64,000 bases of DNA from Euglena gracilis (taxonomy: Eukaryota), in the NCBI GenBank assembly GCA_039621445.1, contig CP154954.1, positions 35,697,703 to 35,761,702 on the forward strand. Reading direction: 5' to 3'. Below the pieces are notes generated by a model that was given only the letters and a program-made list of their open reading frames with translations, was not told the origin of the DNA and did no database searches. Positions 37,001 to 52,000 of this stretch are shown in pieces; the stretch's first letter is position 1, and each line of letters starts with the position of its first letter. Position numbers and translations under genes: made by a program.

Positions 37001-40000
37001 CATTTCCTGCAACCAACATTCCCGATGCATGGTTTACTTACCATTAAACCACGGCCATCATGAAACCAACGGGTCCTCTGACTTTGGAGGCCTCCTGGAA
37101 CACCCATTCGGTTACTCGGAGTAAGGCCTAATTTGGTCCATTTTTACATGGTAACCTGGGCTGACCTGGTAAATGTCCCCCGAAATGGTCAAATGCACCC
37201 ATCTAAATGTGCTCATTTCCTGCAACCAACATTCCCGATGCATGGTTTACTTACCATTAAACCACGGCCATCATGACACCAGCGGGTCCTTTGACTTTGG
37301 AGGCCTCCTGGAACACCCGTTCGGTTACTCGGAGTAAGGCCCAGTCTGGTCCATTTTTACATGGTAACCTGGGCTGACCTGGTAAATGTCCCCGGGAATG
37401 GTCGAATGCACCCATCTAAATGTGCTCATTTCTTGCAACCAGCATTCCCGCTGCATGTTTTTCTTACCGTTATACCACGGCCATCATGACACCAACGGGT
37501 CCTCTGACTTTGGAGGCCTCCTGGAACACCCGTTCGGTTACTCGGAGTAAGGCCCAGTTTGGTCCATTTTTACATGGTAACCTGGGCTGACCTGGTAAAT
37601 GTCCCCCGGAATGGTCGAACGCACCCACCTAAATGTGCTCATTTCTTGCAACCAGCATTCCCGCTGCCTGTTTTTCTTACAATTAAACCACGACAATCAT
37701 GAAACCAACGGATCCGCTGAGTTTGGAGGCCTCCTGGAACACCCGTTCGGTTACTCGGAGTAAGGCCCAGTTTGGTCCATTTTTACATGGTAACCTGGGC
37801 TGACCTGGTAAATGTCCCCCGGAATGGTCGAATGCACCAATCTAAATTTGCTCGGTTCTTGCAACCAAAATTCCCGCTGCATGTTTTTCTTACCATTGAA
37901 CCACGGCCATCATGAAACCAACGTGTCCCCTGACTTTGGAGGCCTCCTGGAACACCCATTCGGTTACTCGGAGTAAGGCCCAATTTGGTCCATTTTTACA
38001 TGGTAACCTGGGCTGACCTGGTAAATGTCCCCGGAATGGTCAAATGCACCCATCTAAATGTGCTCATTTCCTGCAACCAACATTCCCGATGCATGGTTTA
38101 CTTAACATTAAACCACGGCCATCATGAAACCAACCGGTCCTCTGACTTTGGAGGCCTCCTGGAACACCCATTCGGTTACTCAGAGTAAGGCCCAATTTGG
38201 TCCATTTTTACATCGTAACCTGGGCTGACCTGGTAAATGTCCCCCGGAATGGTCGAATGCACCCATCTAAATGTGCTCATTTCTTGCAACCAACATTCCC
38301 GCTGCACGTTTTTCTTAACATTAAACCACGGCCATCATGAAACCAACGGGTCCCCTGACTTTGGAGGCCTCCTGGAACACCCATTCGGTTACTCGGAGTA
38401 AGGCCCAATTTGGTCCATTTTTACTTGGTAACCTGGGCTGACCTGGTAAATGTCCCCCGGAATGGTCGAATGCACCCATCTAAATGTGCTCATTTCCTGC
38501 AACCAACATTCCCGATGCATGGTTTACTTAACAATTAACCACGGCCATCATGAAACCAACGGGTCCTCTGACTTTGGAGGCCTCCTGGAACACCCATTCG
38601 GTTACTCGGAGTAAGGCCCAATCTGGTCCATTTTTACATGGTAACCTGGGCTGACCTGGTAAATGTCCCCCGGAATGGTCGAATGCACCCATGTAAATGT
38701 GCTCATTTCTTGCAACCAACATTCCCGCTGCATGTTTTTATTACCGTTATACAACGGCCATCATGACACCAACGGGTCCCCTGACTTTGGAGGCCTCCTG
38801 GAACACCCGTTCGGTTACTCGGAGTAAGGCCCAATCTGGTCCATTCTTACATGGTAACCTGGGCTGACCTGGTAAATGTCCCCCGGAATGGTCGAATGCA
38901 CCAATCTAAATGTGCTCATTTCTTGCAACCAACATTCCCGCTGCATGTTTTTCTTATCAATAAACCACGACAATCATGAATTCACCGCGTCCCCTGACTT
39001 TGGAGGCCTCCTGGAACACCCATTCGGTTACTCGGAGTAAGGCCCAATTTGGTCCATTTTTGCATGGTAACCTGGGCTGACCTGGTAAATGTCCCCCGGA
39101 ATGGTCGAATACACCCATCTAAATGTGCTCATTTCTTGCAACCAACATTCCCGCTGCATGTTTTTCTTACCATTAAACCACGACAATCATGAAACCAACG
39201 GGTCCCCTGACTTTGGAGGCCTCCTGGAACACCCATTCGGATACTCGGAGTAAGGCCCAATTTGGTCCCTTTTTACATGTTAACCTGGGCTGACCTGGTA
39301 AATGTCATCCGGAATGGGGTAATGCACCGATCTAAGTGTGCTAATTTCTTGCAACAAACATTCCCGCCGCAGGTTTTTCTTACCACTAAACCACGACAAT
39401 CATGAAGCCAACGGGTCCCCTGACTTTGGAGGCCTCCTGGAACACCCATTCGGTTACTCGGAGTAAGGCCCAATTTGGTCCATTTTTACATGGTACCCTG
39501 GGTTGACCTGGTAAATGTCCCCCGGAATGGTCGAATGCAACCATCTAAATGTGCTCATTTCTTGCAACCAACGTTCCTGCTGCATGCTTTTCTTACCATT
39601 AAACCACGACAATCATGAAACCAACGGGTCTCCTGACTTTGGAGGCCTCCTGGAACACCCGTTCGGTTACTCGGAGTAAGGCCCAATTTGGTCCATTTTT
39701 ACATGGTAACCTGGGTTGACCTGGTAAATGTCCCCCGGAATGGTCGAATGCAACCATCTAAATGTGCTCATTTCTTGCAACCAACGTTCCTGCTGCATGC
39801 TTTTCTTACCATTAAACCACGACAATCATGAAACCAACGGGTCTCCTGACTTTGGAGGCCTCCTGGAACACCCGTTCGGTTACTCGGAGTAAGGCCCAAT
39901 TTGGTCCATTTTTACATGGTAACCTGGGTTGACCTGGTAAATGTCCCCCGGAATGGTTGAATGCACCCATCTAAATGTGCCGATTTCTTGCAACCAACGT

Positions 40001-43000
40001 TCTCGCTGCATGTTTTTTTTGTTACCATTAAACCACGACAATCATGAAACCAACGGGTCTCCTGACTTTGGAGGCCTCCTGTAACACCCGTTCGGTTACT
40101 CGGAGTAAGGCCCAATTTGGTCCATTTTTACATGGTACCCTGGGTTGACCTGGTAAATGTCCCCCGGAATGGTTGAATGCACCCATCTGAATGTGCTCAT
40201 TTCTTGCAACCAAAATTCCGCTGCATGTGTTTCTTACCATTAAACCACGACAATCATGAAACCAACGGGTCCCCTGACTTTGGAGGCCTCCTGGACCACC
40301 CATTCGGTTACTTGGAGTAATGCCCAATTTGGTCCAGTTTTACATGGTAACCTGGGCTGACCTGGTAAATGTCCCCCTGAATTGTCGAATGCAACCATCT
40401 AAATGTGCTGAATTCTTGCAACCAACGTTCTCGCTGCATGTTTTTCTTACCAGTAAACCACGACAATCATGAAACCAACGGGTCCCCTGACTTTGGAGGC
40501 CTCCTGGAACACCCATTCGGTTACTCGGAGTAAGGCCCATTTGGTCCGTGTTTACATGGTAACCTGGGCTGCCCTGGTAAAATGTCCCACGGAATGGTCG
40601 AATGCAACCATATAAATGTGCTGATTCCTTGCAACCATCGTTCTCGCTGCAGGTTTTTCTTACCATTAAACCACGACAATCATTAAACCAACGGGTCCCC
40701 TGACTTTGTAGGCCTGCTGGAACACCCATTCGGTTACTCAGAGTAAGGCCCAATTTCGTCCATTTTTACATGGTAACCTGGGCTGACCTGGTAAAATGTC
40801 CCCCGGAATGGTCGAATGCACCCATCTAAACGTGCTCATTACTTGCAACCAACATTCCCGCTGCATGTTTTTCTTACCATTTAACCACGACAATCATGAA
40901 ACCAACGGGTCCCCTGACTTTGGAGGCCTCCTGGAACACCCATTCGGTTACTCGGAGTAAGGCCCATTTTGGTCCATGTTTACATGGTAACCTGGGCTGC
41001 CCTGGTAAAATGTCTCCCGGAATGGTCGAATGCACCCATCTAAACGTGCTCATTACTTGCAACCAGCATTCCTGCTGCCTGTTTTTCTTACCGTTAAACC
41101 ACGACAATCATGAAACCAACGGGTCCCCTGACTTTGGAGGCCTCCTGGAACGCCCATTCGGTTACTCGGAGTAAGGCCCAATTCGGTCCATTTCTTCATG
41201 GTAACCTGGGCTGACCTGGTAAATGTCCCCCAGAATGGTCGAATGCACCCATCTAAATTTGCTCATTCCTTGCAACCAAGATTGCTGCTGCGTGTTTTTA
41301 TTAAAATTTAACCACGACAATCATGAAACCAACGGGTCCCCTGACTTTGGAGGCCTCCTGGAACACCCATTCGGTTACTCGGAGTAAGGTCCAATTTGGT
41401 CCATTTTTACATGGTAACCTGGGCTGACCCGGTAAATGTCCCCCGGAATGGTCGAATGCACCCATGTAAATGTGCTCATTTCTTGCAAGCAACATTCCCT
41501 CTTCATGTTTTTCTTACCATTAAACCACGAAAATCATGAAACCAACGGGTCCCCTGACTTTGGAGGCCTCCTGGAACACCCATTGGGTTACTCGGAGTAA
41601 GGTCCAATTTGGTCCATTTTTACATGGTAACCTGGGCTGGCCCGGGAAATGTTCCCCGGAATGGTCGAATGCCCCCATCTAAATGTGCTCATTTCTTGCA
41701 ACCAAGATTGCTGCTGCATGTTTTTATTAAAATTTAACCACGACAATCATGAAACCAACGGGTCCCCTGACTTTGGAGGCCTCCTGGAACACCCATTGGG
41801 GTACCTTCGAGTAAGGCCCAATTTGGTCCATTTTTACATGGTAACCTGGGCTGACCCGGTAAATGTTCCCCGGAATGGTCGAATGCACCCATCTAAATGT
41901 GCTCATTTCTTGCAACCAAGATTCCCTCGGCATGTTTTTCTTCCAATTAAACGACGAAAATCATAAAACCAACGGGTCCACTGACTTTGGAGGCCTCCTG
42001 GAACACCCATTCGGTTACTCGGAGTAAGGCCAAATTTGGTCCATTTTTACATAGTAACCTGGGCTGACCTGGTAAATGTCCCCCGGAATGGTCGAATGCA
42101 CCCATCTAAATGTGCTCATTCCTTACAACCAAGATTCCCGCGTCATGTTTTTCTTACCATTAAACCACGACAATCATGAAATCAACGGGTCCCCTGACTT
42201 TGGAGGCCTCCTGGAACACCCATTCGGTTACTCGGAGTAAGGCCCAATTTGGTCCATTTTTACATGGTAACCTGGGCTGACCTGGTAAATGTCCCCCGGA
42301 ATGGTCGAATGCATGCATCTGAATGTGCTCATTTCTTGCAACCAAGATTCCCGCGGCATGTTTTTATTACCATTAAACCACGACAATCATGAAACCAACG
42401 GGTCCCCTGACTTTGGATGCCTCCTGGAACACCCATTCGGTTACTCGGAGTAAGGCCCAATTTTGTCCATTTTTACATGGTAACCTGGGCTGACCTGGTA
42501 AATGTTCCCCGGAATGGTCGAATGCACCCATCTAAATGTGCTCATTTCCTGTAACCAAGATTCCCGCTGCATGTTTTTCTTACCATTAAACCACGACAAT
42601 CATGAAATCAACGGGTCCCCTGACTTTGGAGGCCTCCTGGAACACCCATTCGGTTACTCGGAGTAAGGCCCAATTTGGTCCATTTTTACATGGTAACCTG
42701 GGCTGACCTGGTAAATGTCCCCCGGAATGGTCGAATGCATGCATCTGAATGTGTCCATTTCTTGCAACCAAGATTCCCGCGGCATGTTTTTATTACCATT
42801 AAACCACGACAATCATGAAACCAACGGGTCCCCTGACTTTGGATGCCTCCTGGAACACCCATTCGGTTACTCGGAGTAAGGCCCAATTTTGTCCATTTTT
42901 ACATGGTAACCTGGGCTGACCTGGTAAATGTCCCTCGGAATGGTCGAATGCACCCATCTAAATGTGCTCATTTCCTGCAACCAAGATTCGCGCTGCATGT

Positions 43001-46000
43001 TTTTCTTACCATTAAACCACGACAGTCATGAAACCAACGGGTGCCCTGACTTTGGAGGCCTCCTGGAACACCCATTCGATTACTCGGAGTAAGGCCCAAT
43101 TTGGTCCATTTTTACATGGTAACCTGGGCTGACCTGGTAAATGTCCCCCGGAATGGTCGAATGCACCCATCTAAATGTGCTCATTTCTTGCAACCAACAT
43201 TACCGCTGCATGTTTTTCTTACCATTAAACCACGACAATCATGAAACCAACGGGTCCCCTGACTTTGGAGGCCTCCTGGAACACCCATTCGATTACTCGG
43301 AGTAAGGCCCAATTTGGTCCATTTTTACATGGTAACCTGGGCTGACCTGGTAAAATGTCCCCCAGAATGGTCGAATGCACCCATCTAAATGTGCTCATTC
43401 CTTACAACCAACATTCCCGCTGCATGTTTCTCTTCCCATTAAACGACGACAATCATGAAACCAACGGGTCCCCTGACTTTGGAGGCCTCCTGGAACACCC
43501 CATTCGGTTACTCGGAGTAAGGCCCAATTTGGTCCATTTTTATATGGTAACCTGGGCTGACCTGGTAAATGTCCCCCGGAATGGTCGAATGCACCCATCT
43601 AAATGTGCTCATTTCTTGCAACCAACATTCCCGCTGGATTATTTTCTTACCATTAAACCACGACAATCAAGAAACCAACGGGTCCCCTGACTTTGGAGGC
43701 CTCCTGGAACACCCATTCGGTTACTCGGAGTAAGGCCCATTTTGGTCCATTTTTACATGGTAACCTGGGCTGACCTGGTAAATGTCCCCCGGAATGGTCG
43801 AATGCACCCATCTAAACGTGCTCATTTCTTGCAACCAACATTCCCGCTGCATGTTTTTCTTACCATTAAACCATGGCCATCATGAAACCAACGGGTCCCC
43901 TGACTTTGGAGGCCTCCAGGAACACCCATTCGGTTACTCGGAGTAAGGCCCAATTTGGTCCATTTTTACATGGTAACCTGGGCTGACCTGGTAAATGTCC
44001 CTCGGAGTGGTCGAATGCACCCATCTAAATGTGCTCATTTCCTGCAACCAAGATTCCCGCTGCATGTTTTTCTTACCATTAAACCACGACAGTCATGAAA
44101 CCAACGGGTCCCCTGACTTTGGAGGCCTCCTGGAACACCCATTCGATTACTCGGAGTAAGGCCCAATTTGGTCCATTTTTACATGGTAACCTGGGCTGAC
44201 CTGGTAAATGTCCCCCGGAATGGTCGAATGCACCCATCTAAATGTGCTCATTTCTTGCAACCAACATTCCCGCTGCATGTTTTTCTTACCATTAAACCAC
44301 GACAATCATGAAACCAACGGGTCCCCTGACTTTGGAGGCCTCCTGGAACACCCATTCGATTACTCGGAGTAAGGCCCAATTTGGTCCATTTTTACATGGT
44401 AACCTGGGCTGACCTGGTAAAATGTCCCCCAGAATGGTCGAATGCACCCATCTAAATGTGCTCATTCCTTACAACCAACATTCCCGCTGCATGTTTCTCT
44501 TCCCATTAAACGACGACAATCATGAAACCAACGGGTCCCCTGACTTTGGAGGCCTCCTGGAACACCCCATTCGGTTACTCGGAGTACAGGCCCAATTTGG
44601 TCCATTTTTATATGGTAACCTGGGCTGACCTGGTAAATGTCCCCCGGAATGGTCGAATGCACCCATCTAAATGTGCTCATTTCTTGCAACCAACATTCCC
44701 GCTGGATTATTTTCTTACCATTAAACCACGACAATCAAGAAACCAACGGGTCCCCTGACTTTGGAGGCCTCCTGGAACACCCATTCGGTTACTCGGAGTA
44801 ATGCCCAATTTGGTCCATTTTTACATGGTAACCTGGGCTGACCTGGTAAATGTCCCCCCGAATGGTCGAATGCACCCATCTAAATGTGCTCATTTCTTGC
44901 AACCAAGATTCCCACTGCTTGTTTTTCTTACCATTAAACCACGACAATCATGAAACCAACGGGTCCCCTGACTTTGGAGGCCTCCTGGAACACCCATTCG
45001 GTTACTCGGAGTAAGGCCCATTTTGGTCCATTTTTACATGGTAACCTGGGCTGACCTGGTAAATGTCCCCCCGAATGGTCGAATGCACCCATCTAAATGT
45101 GCTCATTTCTTGCAACCAAGATTCCCACTGCTTGTTTTTCTTACCATTAAACCACGACAATCATGAAACCAACGGGTCCCCAGACTTTGGAGGCCTCCTG
45201 GAACACCCATTCGGTTACTCGGAGTAAGGCCCAATTTGGTCCATTTTTACATGGTAACCTGGGCTGACCTGGTAAAATGTCCCCCGGAATGGTCGAATGC
45301 ACCCATCTAAATGTGCTCATTTCTTGCAACCAACATTCCCGCTGCATGTTTTTCTTACCATTAAACCACGACAATCATGAAACCAACGGGTCCCCTGACT
45401 TTGGAGGCCTCCTGGAACACCCATTCGGTTACTCGGAGTAATGCCCAATTTGGTCCATTTTTACATGGTAACCTGGGCTGACCTGGTAAATGTCCCCCCG
45501 AATGGTCGAATGCACCCATCTAAATGTGCTCATTTCTTGCAACCAAGATTCCCACTGCTTGTTTTTCTTACCATTAAACCACGACAATCATGAAACCAAC
45601 GGGTCCCCAGACTTTGGAGGCCTCCTGGAACACCCATTCGGTTACTCGGAGTAAGGCCCAATTTGGTCCATTTTTACATGGTAACCTGGCCTGACTTGGT
45701 AAATGTTCCCCGGAATGGTCGAATGCAACCTATCTAAATGTGCTCATTTCTTGCAACCAACATTCCCGATGCTTGTTTTTCTTACCATTAAACCACAACA
45801 ACCATGAAACCAACGGGTCCCCCGACTTTGGTGGCCTCCTGGAACACCCATTCGGTTTCTCGGAGTATGGACCAATTTGGTCCATTTTTACACGGTAACC
45901 TGGGCCGACCTGGTAAATGTCCCCCCGAATGGTCGAATGCACCCACTTAAATGTGCTCATTTCTTGCAACCAACATTCACGTTGCATTTTTTTCTTACCA

Positions 46001-49000
46001 TTAAACCACGACAATCATGAAACCAACGGGTCCCCAGACTTTGGAGGCCTCCTGGAACACCCATTCGGTTACTCGGAGTAAGGCCCAATTTGGTCCATTT
46101 TTACATGGTAACCTGGGCTGACCTGGTAAATGTCCCCCGGAATGGTCGAATGCACCCATCTAAATGTGCTCATTCCTTACAACCAACATTCCCGCTGCAT
46201 GTTTCTCTTCCCATTAAACGACGACAATCATGAAACCAACGGGTCCCCTGACTTTGGAGGCCTCCTGGAACACCCATTAGGTGACTCGGAGTAAGGCCCA
46301 ATTCGGTCCATTTTTACATGGTAACCTGGGCTGACCTGGTAAATGTCCCCCGGAATGGTCGAATGCACCCATCTAAATGTGCTCATTTCTTGCAACCAAC
46401 ATTCCCGCTGCATGTTTTTCTTACCATTAAACCACGACAATCATGAAACCAACGGGTCCCCTGACTTTGGAGGCCTCCTGGAACACCCATTCGGTTACTC
46501 GCCGTAAGGCCCAATTTGGTCCATTTTTACATGGTAACCTGGGCTGACCTGGTAAATGTCCCCCGGAATGGTTGAAAGCACCCATCTAAATGTGCTCATT
46601 TCTTGCAACCAACATTCCCGCTGCATGTTTTTCTTACCATTAAACCACGAAGATAATGAAACCAACGGGTCCCCTGACTTTAGAGGCCTCCTGGAACACC
46701 CATTCGGTTACTCCGAGTAAGGCCCAATTCGGTCCATTTTTACATGGTAACCTGGGCTGACCTGGTAAATGTCCCCCGGAATGGTCGAATGCACCCATGT
46801 AAATGTGCTCATTTCTTGCAACCAAGATTCCCGCTGCATGTTTTTCTTACCATTAAACCACGACATTCATGAAACCAACGGGTCCCCTGACTTTGGAGGC
46901 CTCCTGGAACACCCATTCGTTGACTCGGAGTAAGGCCCAATTTGGTCCATTTTTACATGGTAACCTGGGCTGACCTGGTAAGTGTCCCCCGGAATGGTCG
47001 AATGCACCCATGTAAATGTGCTCATTTCTTGCAACCAACATTCCCGCTGCATGTTTTTCTTACCATTAAACCACTAAAATCATGAAACCAACGAGTCCCC
47101 TGACTTTGGAGGCCTCCTGGAACACCCATTCGGTTACTCCGAGTAAGGCCCAATTCGGTCCATTTTTACATGGTAAACTGGGCTGACCTGGTAAATGTCC
47201 CCCGGAATGGTCGAATGCACCCATGTAAATGTGCTCATTTCTTGCAACCAAGATTCCTGCTGCATGTTTTTCTTACCATTAAACCACGAAAATCATGAAA
47301 CCAACGGGTCCCCTGACTTTGGAGGCCTCCTGGAACACCCATTCGGTGACTCGGAGTAAGGCCCAATTTGGTCCATTTTTACATGGTAACCTGGGCTGAC
47401 CTGGTAAGTGTCCCCCGGAATGGTCGAATGCACCCATCTAAATGTGCTCATTTCTTGCAACCAACATTCCCGCTGCATGTTTTTCTTACCATTAAACCAC
47501 GAAAATCATGAAACCAACGGGTCCCCTGACTTTGGAGGCCTCCTGGAACACCCATTCGGTTACTCGGAGTAAGGCCCAATTCGGTCCATTTTTACATGGT
47601 AACCTGGGCTGACCTGGTAAATGTCCCCCGGAATGGTCGAATGCACCCATCTAAATGTGCTCATTTCTTGCAACCAAGATTCCCGCTGCATGTTTTTCTT
47701 ACCACTAAACCACGAAAGTCATGAAACCAACGGGTCCCCTGACTTTGGGGGCCTCCTGGAACACCCATTAGGTGACTCCCAGTAAGGCCCAATTCGGTCC
47801 ATTTTTACATGGTAACCTGGGCTGACCTGGTAAGTGTCCCCCGGAATGGTCGAATGCACCCATGTAAATGTGCTCATTTCTTGCAACCAACATTCCCGCT
47901 GCATGTTTTTCTTACCATTAAACCACGACAATCATGGAACCAACGGGTCCCTGACTTTGGAGGCCTCCTGGAACACCCATTAGGTGACTCGGAGTAAGGC
48001 CCAATTCGGTCCATTTTTACATGGTAACCTGGGCTGACCTGGTAAATGTCCCCCGGAATGGTCGAATGCACCCATCTAAATGTACTCATTCCTTGCAACC
48101 AACATTCCCGCTGCATGTTTTTCTTACCATTAAACCACGACAATCATGAAACCAACGGGTCCCCTGACTTTGGAGGCTCCTGGAACACCCATTCGGTTAC
48201 TCCGAGTAAGGCCCAATTCGGTCCATTTTTACATGGTAACCTGGGCTGACCTGGTAAATGTCCCCCGGAATGGTCGAATGCACCCATGTAAATGTGCTCA
48301 TTTCTTGCAACCAAGATTCCCGCTGCATGTTTTTCTTACCATTAAACCACGACATTCATGAAACCAACGGGTCCCCTGACTTTGGAGGCCTCCTGGAACA
48401 CCCATTCGTTGACTCGGAGTAAGGCCCAATTTGGTCCATTTTTACATGGTAACCTGGGCTGACCTGGTAAGTGTCCCCCGGAATGGTCGAATGCACCCAT
48501 GTAAATGTGCTCATTTCTTGCAACCAACACTCCCGCTGCATGTTTTTCTTACCATTAAACCACGAAAATCATGAAACCAACGGGTCCCCTGACTTTGGAG
48601 GCCTCCTGGAACACCCATTCGGTTACTCCGAGTAAGGCCCAATTCCGTCCATTTTTACATGGTAACCTGGGCTGACCTGGTAAATGTCCCCCGGAATGGT
48701 CGAATGCACCCATGTAAATGTGCTCATTTCTTGCAACCAACGTTCCCGCTGCATGTTTTTCTTACCATTAAACCACGACAATCATGAAACCAACGGGTCC
48801 CCTGACTTTGGAGGCCACCTGGAACACCCATTCGGTGACTCGGAGAAAGGCCCAATTTGGTCCATTTTTACATGGTAACCTGGGCTGACCTGGTAAGTGT
48901 CCCCCGGAATGGTCGAATGCACCCATCTAAATGTGCTCATTTCTTGCAACCAACATTCCCGCTGCATGTTTTTCTTACCATTAAACCACGACAATCATGA

Positions 49001-52000
49001 AACCAACGGGTCCCCTGACTTTGGAGGCCTCCTGGAACACCCATTCGGTTACTCCGAGTAAGGCCCAATTCGGTCCATTTTTACATGGTAACCTGGGCTG
49101 ACCTGGTAAATGTCCCCCGGAATGGTCGAATGCACCCATGTAAATGTGCTCATTTCTTGCAACCAAGATTCCCGCTGCATGTTTTTCTTACCACTAAACC
49201 ACGAAAGTCATGAAACCAACGGGTCCCCTGACTTTGGAGGCCTCCTGGAACACCCATTCGGTTACTCCCAGTAAGGCCCAATTCGGTCCATTTTTACATG
49301 GTAACCTGGGCTGACCTGGTAAGTGTCCCCCGGAATGGTCGAATGCACCCATGTAAATGTGCTCATTTCTTGCAACGAACATTCCCGCTGCATGTTTTTC
49401 TTACCATTAAACCACGACAATCATGGAACCAACGGGTCCCTGACTTTGGAGGCCTCCTGGAACACCCATTCGGTTACTCGGCGTAAGGCCCAATTTGGTC
49501 CGTTTTTATATGGTAACCTGGCCTGACCTGGTAAATGTTCCCCGGAATGGTCGAATGCACCCACTAAATGTGCTCATTTCTTGCAACCAAGATTATCGCT
49601 GCATGTTTTCCTTACCTTTAAACCACGACAATCATGAAATCAACGGGTCCCCTCACTTTGAAGGCCCCCTGGAACACCCATTCGGTTACTCCGAGTAAGG
49701 CCCAATTCGGTCCATTTTTACATGGTAACCTGGGCTGACCTGGTAAATGTCCCCCGGAACGGTCGAAGGCACCCATCTAAATGTGCTCATTTCTTGCAAC
49801 CAACACTCCCGCTGCATGTTTTTCTTACCATTACACCACGACAATCATGAAACCAACGGGTCCCCTGACTTTGGAGGCCTCCTGGAACACCCATTCGTTG
49901 ACTCGGAGTAAGGCCCAATTTGGTCCATTTTTACATGGTAACCTGGGCTGACCTGGTAAGTGTCCCCGGGAATGGTCGAATGTACCCATGTAAATCTGCT
50001 CATTTATTGCAACCAACATTCCCGCTGCATGTTTTTCTTACCATTAAACCACGAAAATCATGAAACCAACGGGTCCCCTGACTTTGGAGGCCTCCTGGAA
50101 CACCCATTCGGTTACTCCGAGTAAGGCCTAATTCGGTCCATTTTTACATGGTAAACTGGGCTGACCTGGTAAATGTCCCCCGGAATGGTCGAATGCACTC
50201 ATGTAAATGTGCTCATTTCTTGCAACCAAGAATCCCGCTGCATGTTTTTCTTACCATTAAACCACGAAAATCATGAAACCAACGGGTCCCCTCACTTTGG
50301 AGGCCCCCTGGAACACCCATTCGGTGACTCCGAGTAAGGCCCATTTCGGTCCATTTTTCCATGGTAACCTGGGCTGACCTGGTAAATGTCCCCCGGAACG
50401 GTCGAAGGCACCCATCTAAATGTGCTCTTTTCTTGCAACCAACATTCCCGCTGCATGTTTTTCTTACCATTAAACCACGAAAATCATGAAACCAACGGGT
50501 CCCCTGACTTTGGAGGCCTGCTGGAACACCCATTCGTTGACTCGGAGTAAGGCCCAATTTGGTCCATTTTTACATGGTAACCTGGGCTGACCTGGTAAGT
50601 GTCCCCCGGAATGGTCGAATGCACCCATGTAAATGTGCTCATTTCTTGCAACCAACATTCCCGCTGCATGTTTTTCTTACCATTAAACCACGAAAATCAT
50701 GAAACCAACGGGTCCCCTGACTTTGGAGGCCTCCTGGAACACCCATTCGGTTACTCCGAGTAAGGCCCAATTCGGTCCATTTTTACATGGTAACCTGGGC
50801 TGACCTGGTAAATGTCCCCCGGAATGGTCGAATGCACCCATGTGAATGTGCTCATTTCTTGCAACCAATATTCCCGCTGCATGTTTTTCTTACCATTAAA
50901 CCACGAAAATCATGAAACCAACGGGTCCCCTGACTTTGGAGGCCTCCTGGAACACCCATTCGGTTACTCGGAGTAAGGCCCAATTTGGTCCATTTTTACA
51001 TGGTAAGCTGGGCTGACCTGGTAAGTGTCCCCCGGAATGGTCGAATGAAACCATCTAAATGTGCTCATTTCTTGCAACCAACATCCCGCTGCATGTTTTT
51101 CTTACCATTAAACCACGAAAATCATGAAACCAACGGGTCCCCTGACTTTGGAGGCCTCCTGGAACACCCATTAGGTTACTCCGAGTAAGGCCCAATTTGG
51201 TCCATTTTTACATGGTAACCTGGGCTGACCTGGTAAATGTCCCCCGGAATGGTCGAATGCACCCATCTAAATGTGCTCATTTCTTGCAACCAACATTCCC
51301 GCTGCATGTTTTTCTTACCATTAAACCACGACAATCATGAAATCAACGGGTCCCCTGACTTTGGAGGCCTCCTGGAACACCAATTCGGTTACTCGGCGTA
51401 AGGCCCAATTTGGTTTTTACATGGTAACCTGACCTGACCTGGTAAATGTTCCCCGGAATGGTCGAATGCACCCATCTAAATGTGCTCATTTCTTGCAACC
51501 AAGATTATCGCTGCATGTTTTCCTTACCTTTAAACCACGACAATCATGAAATCAACGGGTCCCCTCACTTTGGAGGCCCCCTGGAACACCCATTCGGTTA
51601 CTCGGAGTAAGGCCCATTTTGGTCCATTTTTACATGGTAACCTGGGCTGACCTGGTAAATGTCCCCCGGAACGGTCGAAGGCACCCATCTAAATGTGCTC
51701 ATTTCTTGCAACCAACACTCCCGCTGCATGTTTTTCTTACCATTAAACCACGACAATCATGAAACCAACGGGTCCCCTGACTTTGGAGGCCTCCTGGAAC
51801 ACCCATTCGGTTACTCGGAGTAAGGCCCAATTTGGTCCATTTTTACATGGTAACCTGGGCTGACCTGGTAAATGTCCCCCGGAACGGTCGAAGGCACCCA
51901 TCTAAATGTGCTCATTTCTTGCAACCAACACCCCCGCTGCATGTTTTTCTTACCATTAAACCACGACAATCATGGAACCAACGGGTCCCCTGATTTTTGA